64,000 nucleotides of DNA from assembly GCA_014905635.1 (NCBI GenBank), contig JABVCE010000002.1, forward strand, positions 2,666,001 to 2,730,000, read 5' to 3'. Below, one piece after another: positions 22,601 to 34,862 of this stretch. The DNA comes from Scenedesmus sp. PABB004 (lineage: Eukaryota). A program made the position numbers and the translations under genes. The notes beneath the pieces were generated by a model, which did not search any database, had not been told where the DNA came from, and saw only the letters and a list, made by a program, of their open reading frames with translations. Numbering within the stretch: the stretch's first letter is position 1; every line of letters begins with the position of its first letter.

Positions 22601-24519
22601 GGTCGGCGGCGAGGCGCAGCACCAGCTGGCGCTCCTCCTCCTCCGCAGCCGGCTCGGGCGGCCGCTCGGCCGCCACCGCCGGCGGGGCGGCGGCCGCCTC
22701 GACGGCGAGCAGGCGGGCGTGGAGGTGCTGTAGCGCCTCGGACATAGCCTCCGCCTGCCCCGCCGCCCGCGCGGCGAGCGCCGCCTCGACCCGGGCGTCG
22801 ACCAGCTCCGCCAGCTGGCCGCTGCCGAGCAGCACCTCCAGCGCCGCCGCCGTGGCGTCGCCCGGGGCGGGCGGCGGCGGTGCGGCCCGGAGCTGCTGCA
22901 CGTCGCCGGCCACCGCGTCCACGCGGCCCGTCAGCTCCCCCAGCCGGCCGAGCGTGCTGCACGCGTGGCGCCGCAGGCCGGCCAGCCCGCGCGACGCATC
23001 CGCGGCGGCCGCCTCCAGCGCGTCCAGGCGGCCGCCGCCCGCCGCAGCGTCGACGCCGCCCCGGCCCTGCTCGCCCGGCAGCGCTGCCCCGGCGGGCGCG
23101 CCGCGCGGCGCGGGCGCGAGCGCACCCTCCACCGCGCCGACGCGCTGCGCGAGCGCGCCGAGCTGCGCCGCCGCGTCGCCCGCGGCCGCGACGCCGTCGG
23201 CCTGGCCGCGCTCAAGCGCGGCGAGCGCGGCGCGCATGGCGGCGAGCTCTGCGTCGTGCTCGGCCAGCACGATGGCCTCCACGCTCTGCGCCGGCGCCGC
23301 GGGCTGCTCCGCTGCCGCCCAGCAGGGCGGCACTGGCGACCAGGCGCGCTGCCCGCCGCCGCACAGCGGCGCGGCGCCCCACGCGCCCTGCGCCGCCGCG
23401 GCGGCGACTGGCGCGCCACCCTCGCGTGCGCTGCCGCCGCGCGACGCGCACGGCGCGAGCCAGGGGTCGGGCGAGCCGTACGAGTCGCCCTGCAGGCGCC
23501 CGCTGAGCGGGCAGGACGGCGGCCGCGGCGGCAGCGGGCCGTGCTCTGCGCGCGGAGCGGCAGGCGAGGGCCGTTGGGCGGGCTCAGGGCGGCTGGCGCC
23601 GGCGTGGCCGCGGCGTGGCGCGGCGCCCGCCCCCGGAGCACCCCGCAGACGCACCACGTGCACCGCCGCGCCACGCGCTCGACGGCCGGCCGCGGGCGCC
23701 CTGCTCGCAGTCGCCGTCGTGCCCCGGCGGCACGGGCGACGCCAGGGCGCTCCGTGCGCCGATGGTGTGCAGCACTGCAGTGTTGGCCGCCTGCGCGGCC
23801 GCGAGCTCGCGCAGCACGCCGTGCATGACGGACAGCCGCTCCGCCAGCAGCGAGTCTGCGGGGGCGCAGGCACCCCGAGGGTCAGCAGCGTGCGGCGTGG
23901 GGGGGGGGGGGGGGGGGCAGCAGTGCGTGCGACGCGGGAGCAGCGCCGCGCGCGCGCACGCCGCCCGGCCGCACACACCCGAGGGCGCGCGGCTCGTGCG
24001 GGGCGACGCGCCGCGCACCCCGCCGCAGCCGGGCCCGGCGGGGCTGCCGCCGCCGAGGCTGAGGCCGCCGGCCAGGTTTGCGCCTGCAAAGCCTCCGATG
24101 ACGGCCTCCAGGCGCGACACGCGCGCCTGCAGGAGCTGCGCCTCCACTTCGCGCGCCGCGAGCTCCGACAGCTCGACCTTGAGCTGCGCCAGGCTGTCGC
24201 GCAGCGCGCCGCGCTCGCTCAGCCGCGCGCGGCCGGGCGAGGCGGCACTCGGCGCGCGGCCGCCGGCGAGCGAGGCGCCCGCGAGGTGGGAAGTGACCGC
24301 GCGCTCGAGGCGCTCGAGGCGGTGCGACACGTCCGCCAGCGCCGCGCGGGGCGCGCCCGCGGCCGGGGCGTCGTCGCCGCCGGCGGACGTGGCGGCGGCA
24401 CCGGGTTCGGCGGAGAGGGTCGCGGGCTGCTCCGGGCCGGGGGGCTCCGCCTCAGCGAAGAACGATGGCTCGGCGGCGGCCGCAGCGGCGCCGCCGCGGC
24501 GCGCCGCCGCGGCGCTCAT
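16681..24519 (-). CDS. Very large Ala/Glu/Leu-rich coiled-coil protein of unknown function (>2000 aa, multi-exon)
   Basis: Long heptad-rich frames (ORFs 23584-24651, 20838-24089, 17423-20845, 16681-17421) linked by introns. Some junctions are uncertain. Confidence 0.6.
19541..19741. repeat. Internal direct duplication, copy 1 (201 bp; pairs with 21801-22001)
   Basis: Both copies encode APCRLDALQAEIEQLSRQLAEVNAGAADEGELEAAKEELARLAAAQDGAAAAIAALQAR. 5 mismatches counted. Confidence 0.95.
21801..22001. repeat. Internal direct duplication, copy 2
   Basis: Direct base comparison with 19541-19741. Confidence 0.95.
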
Positions 24520-24954
24520 TGGGCGCAGACACGCGGGCCTGCAGGCCGGGCGGCGAGCGTGCGGAGGTGAGGCGCGCGCCGCGGCAGGCCGCGTGCGCGC
24601 GGGCGAGCGGCGGCGCGCGCCGCAGCGCGCCGGCGCAGGCGGCGGCCCCAAGGCCGCGCGTGGCCCGGGAGCCAGCCAGTCTCACGCACCGCGCACGGTG
24701 GGCGTCGGCGGCCGGACGGAGCAGCACGCGTGTTGACTGCCGCGGCGCTTGTCTGCGGCGCTCGCGCGCTGCGGCTCAGCACGAGCGAGCGGTGTTGTGG
24801 GCAAGCTCCCGGTGCGGCGATGGTGTGGTGGGTGGCGGGCACCCCCCGGCAGCTGCGCCGTCAAGGCGTTCGACGGCCAAACCGCGCCGGTCGCTCGCAA
24901 GCCCGCCGCTGCGACCACGCGCCGCGGCCAGCCCACGCTCGGACCGAGCCAGGG

Positions 24955-25763
24955 ATGGCGCTGTCGCGCGTGCTCGGTGCGCGCGGCCCGGGCGCGGCAG
25001 CAGCGGCGCCGCGTGCGCTCGGGCCGCGCCGCGCCCAGCCCGGCCGCCGTCGCCGCAGGCTGCAATGTCTACGTCTCAGAGGGCCGCAACATGGCGCTGA
25101 TTCGGCAGCTAGAGGTGAGAGCTGCGGCGCGGCGCGGCGGCGGCGGCGGCAGCAGCGCGAGGCGCGAGCGGCCGCTCGCTGCCGCGCCGCGCCCGCAGGG
25201 CCTCTGCCAGCGCCGGCCGCACGTGGCGCTGGCCAATACGTTTGTGGACGCGCCGTACAACCGCACGGGCCTCACCCTCGTCGCCAGCAGTGCGCCAGAG
25301 GTGCGCCGCGCGAGCGCTGGTGGCGGCCGGCGCCGCGGCTGCGCGGCCAGCCGCGCCCGACGTCGCACCGCGCGCCGCGCGCCCGCCGGCAGCTCTGCGT
25401 GGCGGTGCTGGACGTCGCGCGCGCGGCGCTGGCGGCGCTCGACCTGCGCGCGCACAGCGCGGACCACCCGCGCCTGGGCGTGCTCGACCACGTCTCGCTC
25501 TCCCCGCTCGGCCCCGCCGCGAGCCTGGACGACGCGGCGGCGGCGGCGCGCGACATCGGCGCGCGCCTCGCGGCGCCGCCGCTGAGCCTGCCGGTCTTCT
25601 ATTACGGCGCCGCGCACGCGGCGGGGCGGCGCCTCGCGGACGTGCGGCGCGCGCTGGGCTACTTCAGGCCCTCGCCGGGCGGCGAGGGGCCGCAGCAGGC
25701 GCAGCAGGGGCAGCAGGGGCAGCAGGGGCAGCAGCAGGCGCAGGCGCCGCAACAGCAGCAGGC

Positions 25764-25798
<35 letters not shown>

Positions 25799-26409
25799 TC
25801 CAGGCGCAGCAGCAGGTGCAGGCGCTGCAGCCGCCGGGCGCGGCGGAGCAGCAGCCAGCCGGGGGCGGCCAGCCGGCGAGCTGGGTGGGGCGCGGCAGCC
25901 TGCCGCTCTCGCTGGCGGCGTGCCCGCCGGACGCGGGACCGCTGGCGGCGCCCCCCGCGGCCGGCGTGGTCACGCTCGGTGCCGTGCCCTGGGTGGTCAA
26001 CTTCAACGTCCCCCTGCACACGCGGGACATGGCGGCCGCACGCGCGGTCGCGCGCGCGGTGTCCACGCGCGGCGGTGGGCTGCCGGGCGTCGAGGTGCGC
26101 TGCGGGGAAGGGGGGAGGGCGGCTGGGGGCGCCGCCGCAGGCGCCGGCGCCGATCGCTGTGCCGTGCTGGCCGCCGCGCAGGCCATGGCGCTGCCGCACG
26201 GCCCGGGCGTGATCGAGGTCGCCACAAACCTCATCGACCTGGACTGGAGCGACGGCGGCAGCAGCGGCGGCGGCGCGGGGCCGGCAGCGGTGCAGGCGGC
26301 TGTCGCCGACGCCGCGCGCGCCGCGGGCCTCCCGCCGCCCGGGCCGGGCTACGTCACCAACCTGCTCCCGGCGCAGCTGCTGGAGCTGGCGGCGCGGCGG
26401 CTGCGGTGA
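24955..26409 (+). CDS. Glutamate formiminotransferase (FTCD N-terminal) family protein, with polyQ insertion (5 exons)
   Basis: CNVYVSEGRN, DAPYNRTGLTL, HSADHPRLGVLDH, PWVVNFNVPL, VSTRGGGLPGVE and IEVATNL are characteristic motifs. Confidence 0.85.
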
Positions 26410-26488
26410 CCGCGCGCCTGGCGGCGGTGACGCCTGCGCGAGCGAGTGCCGCGCCGCGGGAGGGGCCGGCCGCGTCCTGCTCACGAGC

Positions 26489-26493
26489 TTACA
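26489..26493 (-). terminator. TGTAA polyadenylation signal, likely for the RRM gene (implies an ~800-nt 3' UTR)
   Basis: TTACA on the + strand. Confidence 0.4.
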
Positions 26494-27294
26494 CGGCGCG
26501 CCGAGCGGCGCGACCGCGCGTGCGCGGCGAGTTCCGTGACCGGACCGAGCGCCCCCGGACTGAGCCCCCCCCCCCCCCACCCACCCAGGCGCCCAGAAGG
26601 GTTCCGCCGTAGGGCGACCCAGGTCTTTCAGCGCTGCCACGACCACACACGCACGCGGCCCTGCGTCTCAGCAGCCGCTGCTGCAAGCACAGCGCCTGTG
26701 CGGGTCCCGCCGGATCACCCAGGGCCCCACCCCGGCGTGATCCCAGGCCGCCCGCCCGCGGCTGCACTGGCAGCAAACGCGGCGCGGCGCGGACGCAGCA
26801 CAACAGTGTCGCCCCGCGACGGCAGCCGCCGTTGCCAGAAACTGAACCAGGTTGGCGTCGGCCAGCGGCCGGCAGGGTGCGCGCTGCAGACGTGCCCAGC
26901 GCCGGCGAGCCGGCGATGGCAGCAGCAGCGGCGAGCGGCAGCGGCACCAGGGCAGCAACCACTGGTGCCACGACGCCCCTGCAGGCCCCCGCCGCCGCCG
27001 GCGAGGGGGCTGGTGGCGGCGCTGCGCCGCGCTGAAATCGACTCAGCCGCGCCCCCGCCGTCAAGAGCGTCAAAGCCCAGCCGACCCCCGGTCGCTGCTG
27101 CCGCGCAGCGCGCAGCAGCAAAGAAACCCGCCCCGGCCCGCGCAGCCAAATGCGCTCTGCCGGCAAGTGCGCCGCCACGGAGGCGCCCGCTGCCGGGCCC
27201 GCGAGGGCGCGCCTGCGCCTGCGCGGGCGCTCCAACGCAGCAGCAGGCAGGCCTGCTGCTGAAGAGAGGGCTGGCCGGCGCAGCCCGCGCGACG

Positions 27295-27729
27295 TTAGTG
27301 CGGCGCGCCGCCGCCGCCGCCGCCGTGGTTGGCTGCGTGGCCACCGCCGCCGCCGTGGTTGGCTGCGTGGCCGCCGCCGCCGTAGCCAGCTGCTGCGTGG
27401 CCGCCGTGCGCGCCGCCAGCTGCTGCGTGGCTGCTGTGGCCGCCGCTCCCGCCGCCGGCGCCGCGGCCGTGGCCGCCACCGCCTGCGCCGTGGCCGCCGC
27501 TGCCGCCGCCGTGGCCGCCGCCGTGGCCGCCGTGGCCGCTGCTGCCGCCGCCGCCGGCGTGGCCGCCGCCGCCGCCGTAGCCGCCGTGGTGGTGGCTGCC
27601 GCTGCTGGCGCTGCCAGCGTAGCTGGCGCCGCCGCCGTGGTGGCCGCCGCCGTAGCCGCCGCCGCCGCCGCCGCCGCCCGGGCCGCCGTGGCTGCTGCTC
27701 GCGTGGCTGCCCGCGTAGCCGCCGCCGCG

Positions 27730-27761
<32 letters not shown>

Positions 27762-29126
27762 GGTGCGTCTGCAGCGCGACGTAGAGGCGCTTGTCGCCGC
27801 CGAGCGGCATGCCGTGCATCGCCGCGACCGCGCGCAGCGCCGAGTCGGCGTCGCCGTAGTTGATGAAGCCGACGCCCTTGCAGGCGCCGGCGTCGTTGGT
27901 GAGCACCTTGACGCTCAGCACGGGGCCGTGCGGCGCAAACTTCTCGTACAGCCACAGCCGGTCCGTCTGGGTTGAGCGCGCGCGCGCGCACGGCGCGCGG
28001 CGTCAGGGGCGCGGGGGCTGCCGCAGCGCGCGCGGCCGCGATCGCCGCCGCGCCGCGCCGCGCCCACAGCGCCGCGCCCGCAGCGCCGCGCCGCCCGCTG
28101 CGTAGGCTGCCGCCGCGCCCGCCGCCCCGCCCCGCGGCTGCGCCGTCGCGCCGCCGCACCGTCTCTGGCAGGAACTTGATGTACACGCTGCACACGCCGC
28201 CGCCCGCGTAGCCCGCCGGCGACACTGCGCGCGGGCGGGCGGGCGGCGCGCGGTCGAGCGCGCCCGCGCGGCGCGCGGCCGAGCGCGCCCGCGCGGCGCG
28301 GCGCGGTCGCGCGCGCTCCGCGCGCGCTCTGCGCGCGCCCCGCCCCGCCCGACCCGCGCCGCGCGGCCCGCCGCGGCGTGCCTGGCGAGTGCTGGTGGTA
28401 GTAGCCGACCGGCTGGTGATGGTGGTGGTGGTGCGGCGGGCCGGCGCCGCCGCCGCCGAGGTGGGCGTGCGGCTGCTGCGCCGCGTACGGCCCCGCCGCG
28501 GGCGCGCCGGGGAAGCCGTAGCGGTCGAACTGCTTCACCTGGCGCGCCGCCTTCTTCTGCTTCTGCTCCTGCGAGTCCGCGTAGCGCACCACCAGCGGCA
28601 TCGGCGCCCCCGGCATGCGCCGGTTGTGCAGGTTGGCGATCGCCGCGCCGGCCTCCTCCACGCTCGCCATGCGCACCAGGGCCCCCGCCCCCGCCGCCTC
28701 GCGCCCCGCGCCGCTATGCAGGACGCGGCACTCAATCACGGCGCCGTAGGGCGCGAAGAGCTCGCGCAGCTCGCCCTCGGTGAGCGTGGTGGGCAGGTTC
28801 TTGGCGTACAGGTTGTCGCTGGGCGGCGCGAGCAGCTCCGGGTTGCGGTCGCCCGCGTCGGCGTCGGCCACCTTCACCTCCAGCGTGCAGGCGCCGTGCT
28901 GGGTGCCGTTGAGGCCCTCGATGGCCGCCAGGGCCTCGGGGATGCTGGCAAACTTGACAAACGCGAAGGACTTGCCGCCGTCGGGCGCCCGCGAGTTGCG
29001 CACCAGGCGCAGCGTGTCGATGGCGCCATAGGGCCCGAACAGCTCACGCAGGTCCTCCTCCGTCGACACGGAGGGCGGCAGGTTGGCCACATACAGGTTG
29101 GAGTGCCGCGCCGGAGGCGTCCCCAT
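27295..29126 (-). CDS. Three-RRM RNA-binding protein (ELAV/Hu-like layout) with Gly/His-rich tail (3 exons)
   Basis: RNP motifs NLYVANLP/KSFAFVKF, NLYAKNLP and SVYIKFLP/KGVGFINY, arranged RRM1-RRM2-linker-RRM3. Confidence 0.85.
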
Positions 29127-29537
29127 CGCGACGCCGCTGCGCGCGCGCCCGGGGGCGGGCCGGGGCTCGTGCGCCCAGTGGGGAAGCGCACCGCCAGCTG
29201 CCACGACTGGGCGGCGCGGGCGGGCGCGCCCGGCACGGGCGCAGCCGGGAAGAGCCGCGTAACAATGCTGATGCTGGGCCCTGCCGCCAAGCCTCAGAGC
29301 CCCGGCCGCCGGGAAAAGTTGAGACCCCGGGTCGGGAGACCCCACGGCCGCACCGCTGGTCGCCGCCGCCGCCGCCGCACGCAGCGCCGCCCCCGGGCGC
29401 GCGCGCGCCGCGCAGCGCGCCGACGCTGCCGCGCCCGCGCGCGGGCGGGCAGCAGGAGAACGCAGCGCCGCGCCGCCGCCACACGGCACAGCGAAGGCGC
29501 CTCGGCTCAGCGCGCGGCGGCGCCCCGGCGGCGGCTC

Positions 29538-30395
29538 TCAGTCCCCCGCGCGCCCGTGCAGGCCCGCGAGCGCCGCGATGCTGGGCAGCACGTAGTCGGG
29601 CGCCTCCCCCGGCCCCGCGGCGAGCGCGTCCGCCAGGCTGGTCACGCCAGTGAGCGGCAGCAGCGTGACCAGGCCGCCGCGCTTCCCGATCGCGACGTCC
29701 GTGTCCAGCCGGTCGCCCACGACCGCGCTCGTCCGCGGGTCCAGCCCGTGCGCGCGCTGGAGGAAGGGGAGCAGCCAGTCGCCGCCCTTGCCGACGTCAA
29801 CCGCGCGGCGCCCCGCGGCGACCTCGAGCGCCGCCGCGAGCGCGCCCGTGCCCGGCATCATGCGCCCGCCGCCGCCGCCGCCGTTGGCGGGGCGGCCGAT
29901 GAAGTCGGCGTCGTCGCGATTGGTCACGACGAAGAGGCACCCCGGCAGCTCGCGGAGGCAGGCGGACGCGAGCACGAGCTGCCGCGCGCACGCGGGGCGG
30001 GCGGGCGCGGGCGGCGTCGCGGCGCGGCGCAGGCGTCGCAGGTATGAGAGCCGTAACCCCGCCCCCGCAGCCTCGCCAGCCCCCCGCCCCCTCGCGCGCC
30101 GATGCTCCCCGCCCCCGCACCTTGGAGTAGCTGAACGCCGGGTCCCACGCGAGCACGACCGCGCCGATGCTCTCGTCCAGCTGCAGCCGCAGCATGGCGT
30201 CGGGGCTGTCCTGCGGCGGCAGGTGCAGCTGCTCCGGCTCCACCACCTCCAGCCCCGCGCCCAGCAGCTCGTCGCGCGTGCCGCCCGTGCCGAGCAGCAG
30301 CACGCGCTTGCCGGGCTGCAGCGCGGGCGTGCCGAAGCCCACGCTGGCCAGGTACGCGGCCGCGGCGTACGAGCTCGACACGACCTGGCCGCGCC

Positions 30396-30427
<32 letters not shown>

Positions 30428-31050
30428 TCGGCCCAGGCCCCTGCGCGGCGCGCCGCGCGCGCTGCCGCCTGCTGGCCGCCGCAGCGCGCCGGCGCCCCGC
30501 ACGCCGCACCTCATCCGCGGCCACCTGCACGCCCAGGGCACGAAACTTTTCCACATACTGCGCCCGGCTCTTGCTGCTGTTGTTGGTCAAGAACAGCAGG
30601 CGCCGCCCCGCGCCGCGCAGTGCCGCCAGCGTCTGGCGAGGGGAGGGGACCGGGAGGGCGGCGTCGGCGCGCTGCGGCAGAGGATGCACCCGGCCCCTGG
30701 CCGGGGGCATGCCAGGCACGCTGCACGTGCGGCCTGGCCGCCAGGCCGCGCGGCCGCGCGGCGGCGGCGCTGCGCGCGCGCGCGCGCCTCGATGGCGCCA
30801 GGGATGACATGACTGCCGCGCCAGAGCACGCCGTCGCAGTCGAGGACGAGTGTCTGCAGCGCCTCCAGCACGGCAGGGGCGGTCGCGTTGTCCAGCAGCA
30901 CCGGCGGCGCGTGTGCCGTCGTCGAAGCCCCCCGCCGGCGCCGCTCCGCGCGCGCAGCACCGCTGCGCGCGCGCCGCCAGCGCTGACGCGTGCGGCGGGG
31001 GCGGCCGCCTGGCCGCGGCGCGCCCCCAGCAGGCGCGCCGCCAGCCGCAT
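29538..31050 (-). CDS. Phosphoglycolate phosphatase-like HAD subfamily IIA hydrolase
   Basis: LDCDGVLW, FLTNNSSKSR, TNRD, MPGTGAL, VGK and VGDRLDTD motifs. Transit-like N-terminus; start codon uncertain. Confidence 0.88.
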
Positions 31051-31541
31051 GCCGCGGCCGGGCCGGCAGTGCCTGTGCTTCCCGGCACCAGCGTGCGGCG
31101 GCCGGGAGCTGGCTGCGCTGTGGCGGCGCCGGCTGTGGCACCGGCGTGCGGTGCTGCTGCTGCGGCGGCTGGCTGCGCTGGCGTGCGGCGCTGTAGCGGC
31201 TGGTGTGCTGGCGGGGCACACGACGGACCTGGGGTGGAGCAAGTTTTGTGGGGCAGCAGGTTGCCGCGACTGGCCCTGGCGCGCGCGGCGGCTCTGCGCG
31301 CCGAGACCTGCGGCTGCGACGGCGGCGCGCCGCAGCGACGCGCCAGCTCCCGCACGCCCTCGCGCACTTCAGAGGTGTGTCAGACACTCCGCAGCGCCAG
31401 GCGCCGCGGGCAGCCGGCACTCGGGCTGCGCAGCCGCGAGGCGCTCAGCGCGCTGCGGAGCCGCGAGCAGGGCGTGCGGGACTCATCTGTCTAGTTAGTT
31501 TCCGGGCGCCCGTCGCGCTCGCCGGCGGGGCGCTCGGTGGC

Positions 31542-32147
31542 ATGCAGCAGCAGCGGCAGCAGCAGCTGCCGCTGCCGCGCGCCGCCATGCAGCAGGTGCG
31601 CCGCGCCGCCCGGGACGCACACCCGGCGCCGGCGCGCTGCGCAGTGGGCTGACTGCCGAGACCGCAGCGCCGGCCGCGCCGCGACGGCCGCCGGCGCGCC
31701 CCCGGCGGCCGCTGCCGCGCGACCGCCCGCCGCCCACGCGCCGCCGGTGCCGCCCCCGCCCGCGCAGATGCCGCTGATGGGCGGTCCCATGGGCAGCGCC
31801 GTGGGCGGCCCGATGGGCAGCGCCGTGGGCGGCCCGATGGGCAGCGCCGTGGGCGGCGGCACCGGCTGGTGAGCGCGTGGGGCGGCCGCGGGCGGGCGGG
31901 CCCGCCGGGCGCGCGACGGCAGGCGCGGGGCGCCCGCTCGCGCCGCGCCGGCGACGCTCGCCGCCCCCCGCTGCCGCGCCGCGCGCAGGGGCGTGCCCGG
32001 CTTTGTGCCCGGCGGCGGGCTGCTGCCGCCGCAGATGGCGGCGCTGCGCATGCAGCAGCAGATGCAGATGGCGGGCATGGCCCAGATGCACATGGCACAG
32101 ATGCAGATGGCTCAGATGCAGATGGCCCAGATGCAGATGCGGGCGAT

Positions 32148-32202
<55 letters not shown>

Positions 32203-33873
32203 ATGGCGGCGGGACAGCGCGGCTGCCCCGCGCGCAAGCCCGCGCCGCCGCCGGGCAGCCCGCCGCCGGGCAGCACGGGCGGCCAGGCGGCGGGCCGGGG
32301 CGGCGGCGGCGGCAGCGGCAAGGTGTACAGCTTTGCGGGGCGCAAGCGCGCCGCGCCGGAGCCGGGGCGGCCGCTGAGCAACAAGGCGGCCAAGCGCGCG
32401 GCGGCGCTGGCGCCGCTGGCGCCGCAGGGGCCCGTGGTGGTGCGGCCGCCGGCGACGCCCGAGGAGGCGGCCGAGGTGGAGGCCTGGAAGGCGGAGCGCC
32501 GCCGCCACTGGCCGTCGGCCGCCAACACGGCCAGCAAGGCGGACGAGGCGGCCAAGCGCGCGGCCAGCGGCGCGCTCGACCCCGCCGCCGACAAGGCCGG
32601 CGCGCGCCGCGCCGCGCTGGCGGCGGTGCTGGCCAAGCAGCGCGCGCTCGGCCTGGCCAAGGCGGCGGGCACCGCCGACATGACCCTCGCGCCTGACGGC
32701 AGCGTCAGCGTGCACGACGGCGGCGGCGGCGGCGGCGAGCCCTGGGGCGCGCCGCCGCCCTGGGGCGGGCGCGGCGGCGGGCGCGGCGGCTTCCGTGGCG
32801 GCCGCGGCGGGCCCGGCGGCTTCCGCGGCGGGCGCGGCGGCTTCCGCGGCGGCGGCCGCGGCGGGCGCTGGGGCGGCAGCTGGCACGGCGAGGAGCAGCA
32901 GCAGCCGGAGCGCGGCGAGTGCGGCAGCCCCGGCGGCGGCGAGGCAGCGGGCGGTGCAGCGGCGCCCGCCGGCGGCGGCGACGCGGCGCCGGGCGCCGAC
33001 GCGGGCGATGCGGCGCAGCAGGGCCCGTGGGGCGACCGGGGCGGCGGCTTCAGGGGCCGCGGGCGCGGCCGGTTCGGCGGCCCCCGCCGCCGCATGGCGG
33101 GCGCGGGCACGGCGGCTATGGCAGCTTTGGCGGGCGCCACGCGGGCCCCGGCGGCCCGCACGGCCCTGCGCACCAGCAGCAGCGCGGGCGCGGGCGCGGG
33201 CCCCCCGGCCTGCGGCGGCGGCCCACGCTGCTCGAGGCGCTGCTCGCGGGCGACGTGCGGCGCGAGGCGAGCTGGCTGCTGCAGGCGGTGCGCTTCCTCA
33301 CGCTCAACGCCTTCCTGCAGCCCACGGCCACGGACGAGGCCGAGCAGGCGGCGGCCGCGGAGGAGGCCGTGGCCGAGCCGGCAGCGGGGCACGAGCAGCC
33401 GGCGGCGGACGGCGCGCAGCAGCAGCCGGCGCCGGCGGCGGGCGGCGCCGGCGAGGGCCCTGCGGCGGCTGGCGGTGCCGCGGGCGCCGCGGGGCCGCAC
33501 GGGCTGTCGCTCGTGTTTCCGTCCGAGGTGGTCGCAGCCAAGCCGCTGGCCGAGCTGCTGGCGGCGCAGCCGGCGCTGCTGGGCGATGACGATGACAGCG
33601 AGGACGGCGAGGCCGGCGGCCCGGGGGCGGGGGACGCCGGCGGCGGCGCGCCGGAGCCCAGCGACGGCAGCGACGCGCCCGGCAGCAGCGACACCAGCTG
33701 CAGCGACGGCGACGCGGGCGAGGACAGCAGCGAGCTGCGCAGCGGCGGCGAGGCCGAGCGCGCTGGCTCTGAGGAGGCCGGCTCGTGCGGGGCCAATCAG
33801 GCCACCGGCGTGGAACTGGCAGGCGCCCCAGGCGGGCAGCAGCAGCAGGCGCAGCCTGGCGGGCTGGGGGCGC

Positions 33874-33908
<35 letters not shown>

Positions 33909-33950
33909 CAGGGCGAGTGCGGCACGGCCGCGGTCCCGGCGCTGGCGTGA
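31542..33950 (+). CDS. NUFIP1/Rsa1-like box C/D snoRNP assembly factor (apparent 1-nt frameshift at the C-run 33081-33085)
   Basis: TPEEAAEVEAWKAERRRHWPS (NUFIP/PEP domain) and RRPTLLEALLAGDVRREASWLLQAVRFL. Also polyQ and RGG boxes. Confidence 0.75.
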
Positions 33951-34048
33951 GCGGGGGCGACAGGGGGGCGTCCCAGTTGCAAGCGACGGGAGCAACCATT
34001 CAGCCCCCGCAGCTGCTCGCGGCGAGCGGGAGCTCGCCCCGCGCTCGG

Positions 34049-34559
34049 TCAGCTGGCCTTGGGCTTCGGCACTGGTCCGAGCAGCAGGCTCCACACGTAG
34101 AACGCTGCGGCCGGGCGGGGCAGGCGACGGGGTCGGCGGCGCGCGCCGCCGGCTTGCGCCGTGTGCTGCGCCAGCGCTGCCTCCCGCCGCAGCCCCGCAG
34201 CAGCGCCGGCGCCGCGCGTCTGCGTGGCGCGCAGGCCGCCCCCGCGCGCGCGCCGCACCCGACATGGCGGCGGACAGCCCCGCGGTGAGGCCCGCGGGCA
34301 TGAACTTGCCGGTCGCCACGTAGCGCAGGCCCATCACGCTCGTGAGCGCCGCCGCGACGGCCAGGCTCAGCGCGGTCGCGGGCTTGCAGGTTGTGCCGGC
34401 GCGGTAGCTGCGCAGGCTGGCCTGGCTGCACGCCGCCAGCAGAGCGGCGGAGCCCAGGCCCGCGGCCAGCGACGGCGCGCTGCCCTTGGCGACCCAGCCC
34501 GCAACGCCCCCAACCGCGAGCGCGCCGGCGTAGAGCGGCGTGAAGCAAAAGTCATACAT
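34049..34559 (-). CDS. TMEM14 / fatty acid export (FAX5-7-like) small membrane protein (2 exons)
   Basis: MYDFCFTPLYAGALAVGGVAGWVAKGSAPSLAAGLGS...ATGKFMPAGL|AFYVWSLL. Confidence 0.9.
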
Positions 34560-34862
34560 CGCGCCCGGCCCTGCGAGCGACGGCGGCCCTACGGGAGGGC
34601 GAAGACTGCAGGGCCCGGCGGCGCCGCCGGCGCACCACGCCGCCGCGGCGCTGCAGAGTCGGGGTCCTGCGCGCCGCCCGGCTGCCCAGCCGGCGGCTGG
34701 CTCCCTCTCCGGCTCCACACCACGCCAGTGCACGTCGGCCTGGCGCGCGCAACCGGGCCGCTCTCGAGCTGCTGCACGCGCCTCCATCACCAGCAGCAGT
34801 CGGCCAGGCGCATCGCGGGGCCTCCTCCGAGCATTGCCGTTGCGCTCCGGCGATCACTAGCG

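Noticed and set aside
26715..27479. Alternative-frame TQQLA/TQPTT repeat protein overlapping the RRM tail
   Set aside because: A by-product of the Gly/His repeat read in another frame, with no independent support.
29127..29537. PGLP-to-RRM bicistron (no TGTAA/TGCAA in a 411-nt spacer)
   Set aside because: The upstream ORF is long with several internal ATGs, and the spacer has room for a promoter. The evidence is too weak.
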